Positions 8,268 through 15,725 of a stretch of 64,000 nt of DNA are shown here, piece by piece. The number at the start of each line of letters is the position of its first letter. The stretch's first letter is position 1. Below the pieces are notes generated by a model. It was not told the origin of the DNA. It did no database searches and worked only from the letters and a program-made list of their open reading frames with translations. Source of the stretch: a virus; the IMG/VR virus record IMGVR_UViG_3300020056_002227, positions 32,001-96,000 of that record; one strand, 5' to 3'. The position numbers and the translations under genes were made by a program.

Positions 8268-8461
8268 TGGCTGATAACGATACTCAACGTGAGCTTATGA
8301 ATCATTACAGTAATTATTTAATGGAAGAAGCTAAGTTTGAAAGCAAAGGAGTAAAGGCTGCTGCTGCGAGGGCCAGAAAACATTTAAGTGAAATCGGTAA
8401 ACTGGCAAAGATACGCAGGGCCGAGATTCAACAAAAGAAAAACGAGATGGAGGAAAAGTAA
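8267..8461 (+). CDS. Histone H1-like (Hc1-family) small basic protein
   Basis: FESKGVKAAAARARKHLSEIGKLAKIRRAEIQ. Confidence 0.7.
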   Translation: MADNDTQRELMNHYSNYLMEEAKFESKGVKAAAARARKHLSEIGKLAKIRRAEIQQKKNEMEEK

Positions 8462-8622
8462 TGGATTGGTTAAAAGATCGTTTGGAAGAGCGCACTACTT
8501 GGGACGGAGCTGTTCTGATTGGTGCTGGTGTTGCATTTCTAATCTTCAAACCTATTGCAGGTTTGATTGCGTACGGTGCAATTGCTTACGGTGCATGGAC
8601 AATCTATACTAAAGAAGATTAA
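8461..8622 (+). CDS. 53-aa two-helix membrane protein (below the ORF-track cutoff)
   Basis: Hand translation MDWLKDRLEERTTWDGAVLIGAGVAFLIFKPIAGLIAYGAIAYGAWTIYTKED; TAATG coupling, GGAGG RBS. Confidence 0.75.
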   Translation: MDWLKDRLEERTTWDGAVLIGAGVAFLIFKPIAGLIAYGAIAYGAWTIYTKED

Positions 8623-8832
8623 ATGAAATGGAAATTCTGGGAGGGCGACAGTCCTCCCACACCACCTCAGTCCATTGATGTGATGAAGGACGATACTGAT
8701 CCTTCAGAGGTTAATATTGAAAACGCATATAAGACTAGGTGGATATGGTATCATACCATTTTGGCATTGGAAATTTTGATGACGAATATATTATTGATCG
8801 CTATACTCATTGTTCTATCAATAAAATTATAA
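8623..8832 (+). CDS. Hypothetical membrane protein
   Basis: C-terminal hydrophobic helix. Confidence 0.65.
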   Translation: MKWKFWEGDSPPTPPQSIDVMKDDTDPSEVNIENAYKTRWIWYHTILALEILMTNILLIAILIVLSIKL

Positions 8833-8843
8833 GGAATTATTCA

Positions 8844-9167
8844 ATGGCAGAAGAAGAAAACAAGACATATCACCCAGCCGATACTAATGGTGACGGTAAG
8901 GTAAGTGCAGAAGAAGAGCGTATGTATCTTGAGTTTAAGAGAAAGGAACTTGAAGATGCGGATGCAATGCGAGATGCTCAACGAAGTATGACATGGTTCG
9001 CACTATTTGGATTGCTTCTTTATCCCTTTGCAGTTGTACTTGCAGACTGGATTGGTCTTGACAGTGCATCTAAAATCTTAGGTGATATGGCTGCTACCTA
9101 TTTCGTGTCTGTTGCAGCTATTGTGGCAGCATTTTTTGGTGGTCAAGCATACTCTGCTAAGAAGTAA
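8844..9167 (+). CDS. Membrane protein with EF-hand-like loop (holin-like topology)
   Basis: DTNGDGKVSAEE loop, two hydrophobic helices, basic C-terminus; AAGGA RBS. Confidence 0.7.
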   Translation: MAEEENKTYHPADTNGDGKVSAEEERMYLEFKRKELEDADAMRDAQRSMTWFALFGLLLYPFAVVLADWIGLDSASKILGDMAATYFVSVAAIVAAFFGGQAYSAKK

Positions 9168-9172
9168 ACTAG

Positions 9173-9193
9173 GTGTCGGGCATTGCCCGACAC
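9173..9193. terminator. Hairpin between convergent genes
   Basis: GTGTCGGGC-ATT-GCCCGACAC. Confidence 0.7.
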
Positions 9194-9200
9194 TTCCCCA

Positions 9201-10007
9201 TCACTCATTATAATCCAAAGATTCCACCGTAAAGAATTCTTTTATGAGTTCGATGTGCTCTGGCATCTTTTTAGATACCCAGACAAAATGTTTGTCACTC
9301 ATCATTCCGGCCAAATGATAGTCGTGTTCTTCTAAAATGTCTTTGGTCTCGACCACATTATAGTCTTCGATTACGATAATTGGTTTGTATTTGTGTATCG
9401 TTCTGCGTGCACCTAAAAGAGCACTTCTTTCATGACCCTCTACATCTAACTGCATCAATACGATATTTTCAAAATCGAACATATCTACTGTATATGAATT
9501 GGTACGAGCACCATCAGTTGCAAGTTGTAGACCACCACTTATATTTCCCTCTGAATCAACATCTTGCTGTGAGAGATCTGTATTCACTAGAATAGATCCA
9601 ACCTCATCTCGTAATGCACCATGAAATAGCACCACATTAGATAGGTCGTTTTCTTGAGTAGAAAGGTTTGATAGGTAGTAATTTTCCATCACGGGTTCAA
9701 AAGCAAAAATTTTGCCTTCTGGGTTTGCCTTTGAAAAAGATGGTAGCATATCACCAAAATAAGCCCCTGCATGAAGTACATCTTTGCCGGGAATTTTCGT
9801 GCATATATGATTGACTAGTTTATGTGTGAGTTCTTCGAATAAGAACCCTCTCATAATACACCGAGAAGCAGGATTATAAAGTGTAGTCTCAGGTACGTAG
9901 AACAGATCTGGCTTTGGATCCCATAGAGTCCACCATTCAACTTTTTTATATTCTATAGGGATCCTTTTATCCCTAATCAAAACTCTAAGAAAATTTGGTT
10001 GTGTCAT
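9201..10007 (-). CDS. FkbM-family SAM methyltransferase
   Basis: LHAGAYFG, AFEPV, QLDVEGHE. Confidence 0.85.
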   Translation of the reverse strand: MTQPNFLRVLIRDKRIPIEYKKVEWWTLWDPKPDLFYVPETTLYNPASRCIMRGFLFEELTHKLVNHICTKIPGKDVLHAGAYFGDMLPSFSKANPEGKIFAFEPVMENYYLSNLSTQENDLSNVVLFHGALRDEVGSILVNTDLSQQDVDSEGNISGGLQLATDGARTNSYTVDMFDFENIVLMQLDVEGHERSALLGARRTIHKYKPIIVIEDYNVVETKDILEEHDYHLAGMMSDKHFVWVSKKMPEHIELIKEFFTVESLDYNE

Positions 10008-10033
10008 TTAATTCCCATCTCAAATACTAAAAT

Positions 10034-10109
10034 TGGTGCCGGATGCAAGAATCGAACTCGCGACCTTCTCATTACAAGTGAGCTGCTCTGCCTGCTGAGC
10101 TAATCCGGC
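10034..10109 (-). tRNA. tRNA-Thr(UGU)
   Basis: Cloverleaf, anticodon loop CUUGUAA, GUUCGAU T-loop, encoded CCA. Confidence 0.95.
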
Positions 10110-10125
10110 TTGGTGATTTATTTAT

Positions 10126-10698
10126 TTAATCCCATAAATTCTCATAATACTTGCCAAAGAGTCTGAATCCATTTGAGATACGTTTTTGTTCTGCGCGCAT
10201 TCCTTTCATATCATCTGCATCAAAACGCATGAATACATCATCTTTATTTGCTTTACAGTCAAAAGCATAGATCATCTCATCGAGTACCCAATCCCAGCGA
10301 GCAAAAAAGAATTCGTCAGTGTCCCATTCGTTTTCTTTGGGTGGTGCACTTGTACTGCGTAGATTTTTAGGCACATCTTTATCGTCTACATTAGGGCCAC
10401 CGTGTTTGGTTTCTTTGAATTGAATCAGCATGGGAAGAATAATAGGAGCAAGCGTATGGTCCATGCTCCAAGTGTCCCAACGATCAATGTGCACTTTTAT
10501 TTTTTGTTGTCGTCTATCAAACCACAACCAGTTAAACACATTGTAAAAATCTTGGATACGATCATCCAACCAATTTAAACAGCGTTCGAATAGTGTGTAG
10601 TTTCTGGGCCAAGTCACATAACCATACTTTTTAACCATATAGTTATTGAATAGATTACACATCAGTCTGTTCGGGTAATTACCGATTTTGATTTTCAT
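10126..10698 (-). CDS. Conserved Trp-rich hypothetical phage protein
   Basis: DTWSMDHTLAPIILPML...WDWVLDEMIYAF...GFRLFGKYYENLWD. Confidence 0.8.
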   Translation of the reverse strand: MKIKIGNYPNRLMCNLFNNYMVKKYGYVTWPRNYTLFERCLNWLDDRIQDFYNVFNWLWFDRRQQKIKVHIDRWDTWSMDHTLAPIILPMLIQFKETKHGGPNVDDKDVPKNLRSTSAPPKENEWDTDEFFFARWDWVLDEMIYAFDCKANKDDVFMRFDADDMKGMRAEQKRISNGFRLFGKYYENLWD

Positions 10699-10799
10699 TA
10701 TTTTTTACCATCGAAATAATCAGTCATCCATACAGCTGCATACCATGCTGCGACAGGAATGACAAATAAAAGGATTACCGAAAAATGCCAGTATGTCAC
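10698..10799 (-). CDS. 33-aa membrane peptide
   Basis: Hand translation MTYWHFSVILLFVIPVAAWYAAVWMTDYFDGKK; fills the gap exactly, with coupled start/stop codons. Confidence 0.5.
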   Translation of the reverse strand: MTYWHFSVILLFVIPVAAWYAAVWMTDYFDGKK

Positions 10800-10981
10800 T
10801 CACTCTTCCTTAAAGTGTAGCCAGGATATTCTCCGGTGTCTTCACATATTAAAGTTTCTTCCCAAACTAATTCATCACCCTCACTCCAACCTACTTCAGC
10901 TAACAGTTCATCGGGGATGGGTAGAATCAGTTCTCCGGTCTCTGGATCTTCTTGAACTTTTACCGTATACTTACTCATCAT
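10796..10981 (-). CDS. AbrB/MazE/SpoVT-like DNA-binding protein
   Basis: GELILPIPDELLAEVGWSEGDELVW. Confidence 0.7.
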   Translation of the reverse strand: MMSKYTVKVQEDPETGELILPIPDELLAEVGWSEGDELVWEETLICEDTGEYPGYTLRKSE

Positions 10982-10991
10982 TTCCTCCGTT

Positions 10992-11067
10992 TGGTAGGAC
11001 TGGATGGGATTGAACCATCGACCTCCCGCTTATAAGACGGATGCTCTAACCTCTGAGCTACAGTCCT
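10992..11067 (-). tRNA. tRNA-Ile(UAU)
   Basis: Cloverleaf, anticodon loop CUUAUAA, encoded CCA. Confidence 0.9.
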
Positions 11068-11071
11068 AAAT

Positions 11072-11148
11072 TGGTCCGAGATGAGGGATTTGAACCCCCG
11101 ACCCCCTGCTCCCAAAGCAGGTGCACTACCAAGCTGTGCTAATCTCGG
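11072..11148 (-). tRNA. tRNA-Pro(UGG)
   Basis: Cloverleaf, anticodon loop UUUGGGA, encoded CCA. Confidence 0.95.
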
Positions 11149-11154
11149 GTTATC

Positions 11155-11862
11155 TTAAGAATAAAAATCATCGATGAATTGCAGCGCCACTTCCATGGTC
11201 ATACCTTCATCGTCGATAGAATAGATTTCCCTGTTACCACTCTTCTGAATCTTATCTTCGGAAATACCGAAAGATTCACAAAACTTACGAAGCTGTTTGT
11301 GCCTCATGTTTAGTACGTCATCTTTCTTTGCCCAGACTGCAACTTTAAGAGAAACAGAGTCCTCAGTAGAAACATCTAAGAAACATTGCATGTGTTGTCT
11401 CGTTGCAAGTTCCATAGAATGGTTTCCAGAGGTGATCGACATTCTATTGATTCGATTCAAAAAGACAGAATAGTTTTCGGTAAACCAATCTGGCAACGAT
11501 TCGAAATTATCGTGTTGATCTTTCTGGAACTCTTCAAAAAGTTCTGAGAATTTAGCCATTACAAAGCACTCCTTATGGTGTCCGGCTACGGAATTATCAC
11601 GTGGATCATATAATGAAATCAAGTAAGATTCAAGTATGAATGATTGCAAGTCGTCCTTATCGTCTCTAAACGATTCAAGATTTCTAGCAATGATGTATAA
11701 ATTATCTGTACTGTAATCCTTGGATTTCACATGGGAGATGGCACGATTTCTATTACCTTTCCCAATGTACACAAATTTATCATCTTCTCTGTATCCGTAT
11801 ACGTATTGACCAAGGGTTTCCCAAAAGGCCATAGGTATGGATTCAAATTCATTCTCAAACAT
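11155..11862 (-). CDS. GIY-YIG (LEM-3-like) nuclease
   Basis: YVYGY...VYIGKG..NRA.SH...LESYLI...N. Confidence 0.7.
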   Translation of the reverse strand: MFENEFESIPMAFWETLGQYVYGYREDDKFVYIGKGNRNRAISHVKSKDYSTDNLYIIARNLESFRDDKDDLQSFILESYLISLYDPRDNSVAGHHKECFVMAKFSELFEEFQKDQHDNFESLPDWFTENYSVFLNRINRMSITSGNHSMELATRQHMQCFLDVSTEDSVSLKVAVWAKKDDVLNMRHKQLRKFCESFGISEDKIQKSGNREIYSIDDEGMTMEVALQFIDDFYS

Positions 11863-11887
11863 AAATGTCTTCCCGATTTATGTTTTC

Positions 11888-11916
11888 ATTATAATAGGAT
11901 TAAGAGTGCTTGTCAA
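11888..11916 (-). promoter_or_regulatory. sigma70-type promoter for the nuclease and tRNA cluster
   Basis: TTGACA-17 bp-TATAAT. Confidence 0.85.
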
Positions 11917-12655
11917 TAAAAATATAGTCTTTTTTATAATAATTTTTTAACCATTCTTCTTGGTGTGGAGTTATCATTTCTCGTGTGATTTTGTAGTTGG
12001 TTCTATTCATCACCTCTTCGGTCTGGAAGAATTTACCGATATCTTTTTTCCACACAAACTGAAACTCTTGGAAGTTCTTGGTATCAACAAACGAACACTG
12101 ATCGTGGAAATGATGCACTTGATGAATATCACGAATTACATCCATATTCTCAAAGAATAAGTGCCATCGGGTCTCATAGTCGAAAGTTGCAAGGTTTGTG
12201 CCATTCAGGTGATGCAAGAATGCATGATTGCCATAACTCCAATATCGCTCGGTCTCAACTAAATAAGCATTGACTGTAGAGAGAAACCTTTCGATGGGAT
12301 CAGTAAATATAACGATAGGCTTTGCAGTCCTTACAATCTCGGGATATCGCGGATCTGATCTCTTTATTGCATGACCTCTATCCCCTCGGCCGTGCTTTCC
12401 GTTGAACAATTCCTTAATGGTAACGGAACCACTTCTTGGTATCTCAAACCAATAGTTCTCTTCGTGTTCCGATAGTTTGTATAAGAGAGGCCACTTATTC
12501 TGATCGCAGTGCCAACATCTACAAAGAGTCTGTAGCGTCTTGGGTAATTGTAAGATATTAGGCCCCTGCTGTAAGTGATCAGCATTTTCGATTTTTACTG
12601 GTTGGGGGTGGCCTACTTGATTAAATTCTTTCAATAACTCATTACGATTTAACAT
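11900..12655 (-). CDS. Sulfotransferase family 2-like protein
   Basis: FEIPRSGSVTI (PAPS loop), DPIERFLS, HFHDQ, YYKKDY. Confidence 0.75.
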   Translation of the reverse strand: MLNRNELLKEFNQVGHPQPVKIENADHLQQGPNILQLPKTLQTLCRCWHCDQNKWPLLYKLSEHEENYWFEIPRSGSVTIKELFNGKHGRGDRGHAIKRSDPRYPEIVRTAKPIVIFTDPIERFLSTVNAYLVETERYWSYGNHAFLHHLNGTNLATFDYETRWHLFFENMDVIRDIHQVHHFHDQCSFVDTKNFQEFQFVWKKDIGKFFQTEEVMNRTNYKITREMITPHQEEWLKNYYKKDYIFIDKHS

Positions 12656-12658
12656 TTT

Positions 12659-12841
12659 CTAGCTCAATTCAAAAATTTCATTTACCTTATCTTTTGGAAT
12701 ATCAATGATCATACCATCGTGTCGCTTCAGAATCCACTGATCGCTTCCTTCATTGTTCAGTTCATCCGGCAATTCACCTGCTTGTTCAAGCTCCACACCC
12801 TCTTTCAATGGGTGTTGATATAAGATTCTTACCTTTCTCAT
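12659..12841 (-). CDS. Hypothetical protein
   Basis: ORF in a tightly packed minus-strand run. Confidence 0.6.
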   Translation of the reverse strand: MRKVRILYQHPLKEGVELEQAGELPDELNNEGSDQWILKRHDGMIIDIPKDKVNEIFELS

Positions 12842-13065
12842 TACACCAGTACCCTATCGAATACTTGACTGGTAGAATAAGTATATTCTTTACCATTAGC
12901 ATCGTACATGGTAAATGAGTAGTTCACCTCGCGGATATGATAATCGCCACTAGCAGATTTATAAGTGGTCATCACACTCTTGTCTTGATACGATACATCA
13001 GTCTTTACAGCTGGGTTTACTCGGTAGACATCTCTAATGTCCACGACGTTGTTATTTACTTCCAT
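12841..13065 (-). CDS. Hypothetical protein
   Basis: ORF in a tightly packed minus-strand run. Confidence 0.6.
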   Translation of the reverse strand: MEVNNNVVDIRDVYRVNPAVKTDVSYQDKSVMTTYKSASGDYHIREVNYSFTMYDANGKEYTYSTSQVFDRVLV

Positions 13066-13276
13066 ACTTCTCTAACTCCGGTTTGTCTGCTTTATTGAAA
13101 ACGTAATTCGAATAGTCTTCAAATAATCTGAGCAACATGCCGTTCTCTTGCACCATTGCCTGGATTTGCTTTCTCTCGTTCGAACCTTTCACGTAGTACC
13201 TGTGGTCGTCGCTGTACACATAATACCAATCATGTGCTTCTAGTAGATCCCACAACTTTTGTACTTCGTTATCCAT
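13052..13276 (-). CDS. Hypothetical protein
   Basis: LEAHDWYYVYSDDHRYY motif common in phage small proteins. Confidence 0.65.
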   Translation of the reverse strand: MDNEVQKLWDLLEAHDWYYVYSDDHRYYVKGSNERKQIQAMVQENGMLLRLFEDYSNYVFNKADKPELEKYGSK

Positions 13277-13460
13277 TCAGCACCTGTATCAAACCCCTAT
13301 CCCAATTTTCTGATACGTCTTGTGCGTAATAGAAATTGTTATCTGGTAGTTCTCTGGTTTGGATTAACTTGCCGTCTTCCCACAAATCAACCACATACAT
13401 TTCACCCGACTCTGTACTGGGTGAGGGTACCTTTCGAATCTCGCTGTGTCTAATTGTCAT
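13269..13460 (-). CDS. Hypothetical protein
   Basis: GGGAG RBS before MTIRHSE; AQDVSENW motif. Confidence 0.6.
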   Translation of the reverse strand: MTIRHSEIRKVPSPSTESGEMYVVDLWEDGKLIQTRELPDNNFYYAQDVSENWDRGLIQVLNG

Positions 13461-13917
13461 GTTTTTCTCCCATGTTGATGAAAGAGTATAGCATTCCAGC
13501 CTCATCAAACATTTGTTTTGAGTGCTGAAACTCTTTTTTCCATTTGTCTGGGTATTTATTGCTTTCTGGCATCACGACTCTCATGATACCACTACTGATT
13601 ACACCCTTTGCACACTCAGAGCAAACTGGCAATCCCCAAATATAGAGAGTAGATCTGTGTAAAGAGACACCATTACCAGCAGCATTATAAATTGCGTTCA
13701 TTTCTGCATGGACAGTATAACGGTACTTCTGCTCTTTATCTAATAAACGTTCGGTGAGATCAGCAACCTTACGAGGAAATCCATTGTACCCAGTCGCTAG
13801 AACTCTACGATTCTCATTAATGATTACAGCCCCTACCTGAGTGCTAGGATCTTTACTCCAGGTTGCAACCTCGCGAGCAAGGCGAAGAAACCTAATGTCC
13901 CAGTGATCATCGATCAT
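13450..13917 (-). CDS. cd: dCMP deaminase
   Basis: SKDPSTQVGAVI, GYNGFP, HAEMNAI, PVCSEC. Confidence 0.92.
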   Translation of the reverse strand: MIDDHWDIRFLRLAREVATWSKDPSTQVGAVIINENRRVLATGYNGFPRKVADLTERLLDKEQKYRYTVHAEMNAIYNAAGNGVSLHRSTLYIWGLPVCSECAKGVISSGIMRVVMPESNKYPDKWKKEFQHSKQMFDEAGMLYSFINMGEKHDN

Positions 13918-14035
13918 TGGAATAACCACCCTTATGCTTGCGATAACCCTTTGACGCAGCTTTCTTGCGATCAGTAAACGTGGCAGGTCGATTGAACTTT
14001 TCCATGTTCTTGGCCACGGGGTTACCTTTAATCAT
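13907..14035 (-). CDS. 42-aa basic peptide (below the ORF-track cutoff)
   Basis: Hand translation MIKGNPVAKNMEKFNRPATFTDRKKAASKGYRKHKGGYSNDR. Confidence 0.65.
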   Translation of the reverse strand: MIKGNPVAKNMEKFNRPATFTDRKKAASKGYRKHKGGYSNDR

Positions 14036-14267
14036 TCTCGGTTTCATCTTTCTTTATGTCCAGTACCTTACCGTCTTTAAAGGGTTGTACCTCGACAACC
14101 GTTTCGTTTTCAATCATTCGAATACACGTGAGTGTGATCTTAAGATCTTGTTCAAGGAAAGCAATTTTACGTTGAAGCTCTTGCAGATGTTCGTAGTATT
14201 GCTCGAGCTCTTTTTCTTTGCGTATCTTACTCTCAATGATATCCGTTAATGTGATGATCTCACTCAC
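14028..14267 (-). CDS. Hypothetical coiled-coil protein
   Basis: GAGGTG RBS, heptad pattern. Confidence 0.65.
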   Translation of the reverse strand: MSEIITLTDIIESKIRKEKELEQYYEHLQELQRKIAFLEQDLKITLTCIRMIENETVVEVQPFKDGKVLDIKKDETEND

Positions 14268-14275
14268 GAATCACC

Positions 14276-14485
14276 TCAAAGGCAGGCTGCAACTATTTCT
14301 CGTTGCTCCTTATGATCTCGTACAACACGGGCAAGGTGAGATTTCAGCATGGTAATTGCCAGATCTTTATCATCCGTGCCATACTCATTGAGGTATTTAT
14401 CAGCTAGGGCATCTACAAGGGCGTTAGACTCCTTATAGGTTAAGCCGGAACTAAATTTGAATGTGTCGATGTTATAACTACTCAT
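14276..14485 (-). CDS. Hypothetical protein
   Basis: AAGGA RBS. Confidence 0.6.
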   Translation of the reverse strand: MSSYNIDTFKFSSGLTYKESNALVDALADKYLNEYGTDDKDLAITMLKSHLARVVRDHKEQREIVAACL

Positions 14486-14516
14486 AATATATCCTTACAT
14501 TGGTTTCAAATCAAAT

Positions 14517-14593
14517 TGGCACGCCCGAGAGGATTCGAACCTCTGACCGATGGCTTAGAAGGCCATTGCTCTATCCAGCTGAGCTACGAGCGC
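14517..14593 (-). tRNA. tRNA-Arg(UCU)
   Basis: Cloverleaf, anticodon loop CUUCUAA, encoded CCA. Confidence 0.95.
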
Positions 14594-14594
14594 A

Positions 14595-15026
14595 TTAGAG
14601 TCCATTCTCAAAGCCTTCGACCAGTTTCAACTGCAATCGTCGGGCTTCTTTTTCCCAAGGTTGATCCCAGTACTCTGCATTGGAGAAGTTGCGTTTCTTC
14701 CAATGGGTCAGTTGTGGGTTCAATTCACCACGGGCAAACTGCTTAATGTGTACAAATTCATGAGCAAGAATGCTCATCCAGTTGGAATACAGAGCAACAT
14801 CGATGATGAATGCCCGGGTACTCAGGGGTTCACAAAGACCCTCTGTGGTCGTTCCTCGTTCAACGACAATGTTATTATGAACACGAATCTGAATGGTCGT
14901 TTTGAGACGGCTGATTCCTAGTTGCCTTGCAAAGCTTTCGCAAGCAAGGGTCACCATACCTTGTAGAGATTTGGGTAGTTCACCTTCTTTGGGTCCGCAA
15001 ATCCATAAATCCATAAATCGACTCAC
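14595..15026 (-). CDS. HExxH zinc metallopeptidase-like protein
   Basis: LAHEFVHIKQFARGEL...YWDQPWEKEA. Confidence 0.75.
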   Translation of the reverse strand: MSRFMDLWICGPKEGELPKSLQGMVTLACESFARQLGISRLKTTIQIRVHNNIVVERGTTTEGLCEPLSTRAFIIDVALYSNWMSILAHEFVHIKQFARGELNPQLTHWKKRNFSNAEYWDQPWEKEARRLQLKLVEGFENGL

Positions 15027-15178
15027 ATTATTAAAAGAAAGAAAAGGAACAGCACAACCAGGAGAATCGCATTATTGAATGCGAATTCCGCGACCTTGGC
15101 AACCAATCCCAATGCAACGGCGAATACAAATACAAACACCATAATGCAAAAGAGAAAGGTCATGATCACGGGATCCAT
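15023..15178 (-). CDS. 51-aa highly hydrophobic membrane protein
   Basis: Hand translation MDPVIMTFLFCIMVFVFVFAVALGLVAKVAEFAFNNAILLVVLFLFFLLIM. Confidence 0.55.
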   Translation of the reverse strand: MDPVIMTFLFCIMVFVFVFAVALGLVAKVAEFAFNNAILLVVLFLFFLLIM

Positions 15179-15185
15179 AATTGTC

Positions 15186-15392
15186 TTAATACTCTGCTTC
15201 ACGGTAGGCTAGATCCTCTCGACCGATTTCGCTCAAATCGAAATCTTCAGCCCTGTCTATATAAAGAACAAATTCAGAATTTGACTTGGTGAGATTCTTG
15301 AGAGCCTTTGCATTTTTGCGCTTCTCTCGTCGATCGGCCAACTCCAATTCTCGCATTGCAAGTTCAACATCATCTAGGTCATTGTGGTACAT
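15186..15392 (-). CDS. Hypothetical early protein
   Basis: First ORF behind the tandem leftward sigma70 promoters. Confidence 0.6.
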   Translation of the reverse strand: MYHNDLDDVELAMRELELADRREKRKNAKALKNLTKSNSEFVLYIDRAEDFDLSEIGREDLAYREAEY

Positions 15393-15422
15393 AATATATA
15401 TCTCTTCTCAATTGATGATATG

Positions 15423-15451
15423 ATTCTATCAAGCCCTAGGGCCCCTGTCAA
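15423..15451 (-). promoter_or_regulatory. sigma70-type early promoter (leftward 1)
   Basis: TTGACA-17 bp-TAGAAT. Confidence 0.8.
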
Positions 15452-15542
15452 CATCTTTTTTCGGTTTTCTTAGAATATTTTGGAATATCGATATAACCAT
15501 TTGAGATGCACTTAGGAATAGATTCATTGTCTGATGGTAGAC

Positions 15543-15571
15543 ATTATATAGGGTAGCCGACCTACTGTCAA
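15543..15571 (-). promoter_or_regulatory. sigma70-type early promoter (leftward 2) with A-tract UP element
   Basis: TTGACA-17 bp-TATAAT. Confidence 0.85.
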
Positions 15572-15581
15572 CCCTTTTTTG

Positions 15582-15668
15582 CAATTTTTTTCAAAAAAAT
15601 TATGAACCGTAAGAAAATCAAATACTTAGCGGATTGACCCAAAAAATATCAATTTTTTTCAAAAAAAT
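15582..15668. repeat. Two copies of CAATTTTTTTCAAAAAAAT flanking an IHF-consensus site
   Basis: Copies at 15582-15600 and 15650-15668; AATCAAATACTTA at 15616-15628 matches WATCAANNNNTTR. Confidence 0.7.
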
Positions 15669-15670
15669 GG

Positions 15671-15699
15671 TTGACAGCCGTGGTCAATCCTGATACTAT
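15671..15699 (+). promoter_or_regulatory. sigma70-type early promoter for topoisomerase
   Basis: TTGACA-17 bp-TACTAT. Confidence 0.8.
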
Positions 15700-15725
15700 A
15701 TGATAGTTGAAATGGAGTGGTGTGA

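Noticed and set aside
14516-14746. Plus-strand 76-aa ORF starting MARPRGFEPLT
   Set aside because: Antisense reading of tRNA-Arg and the metallopeptidase gene
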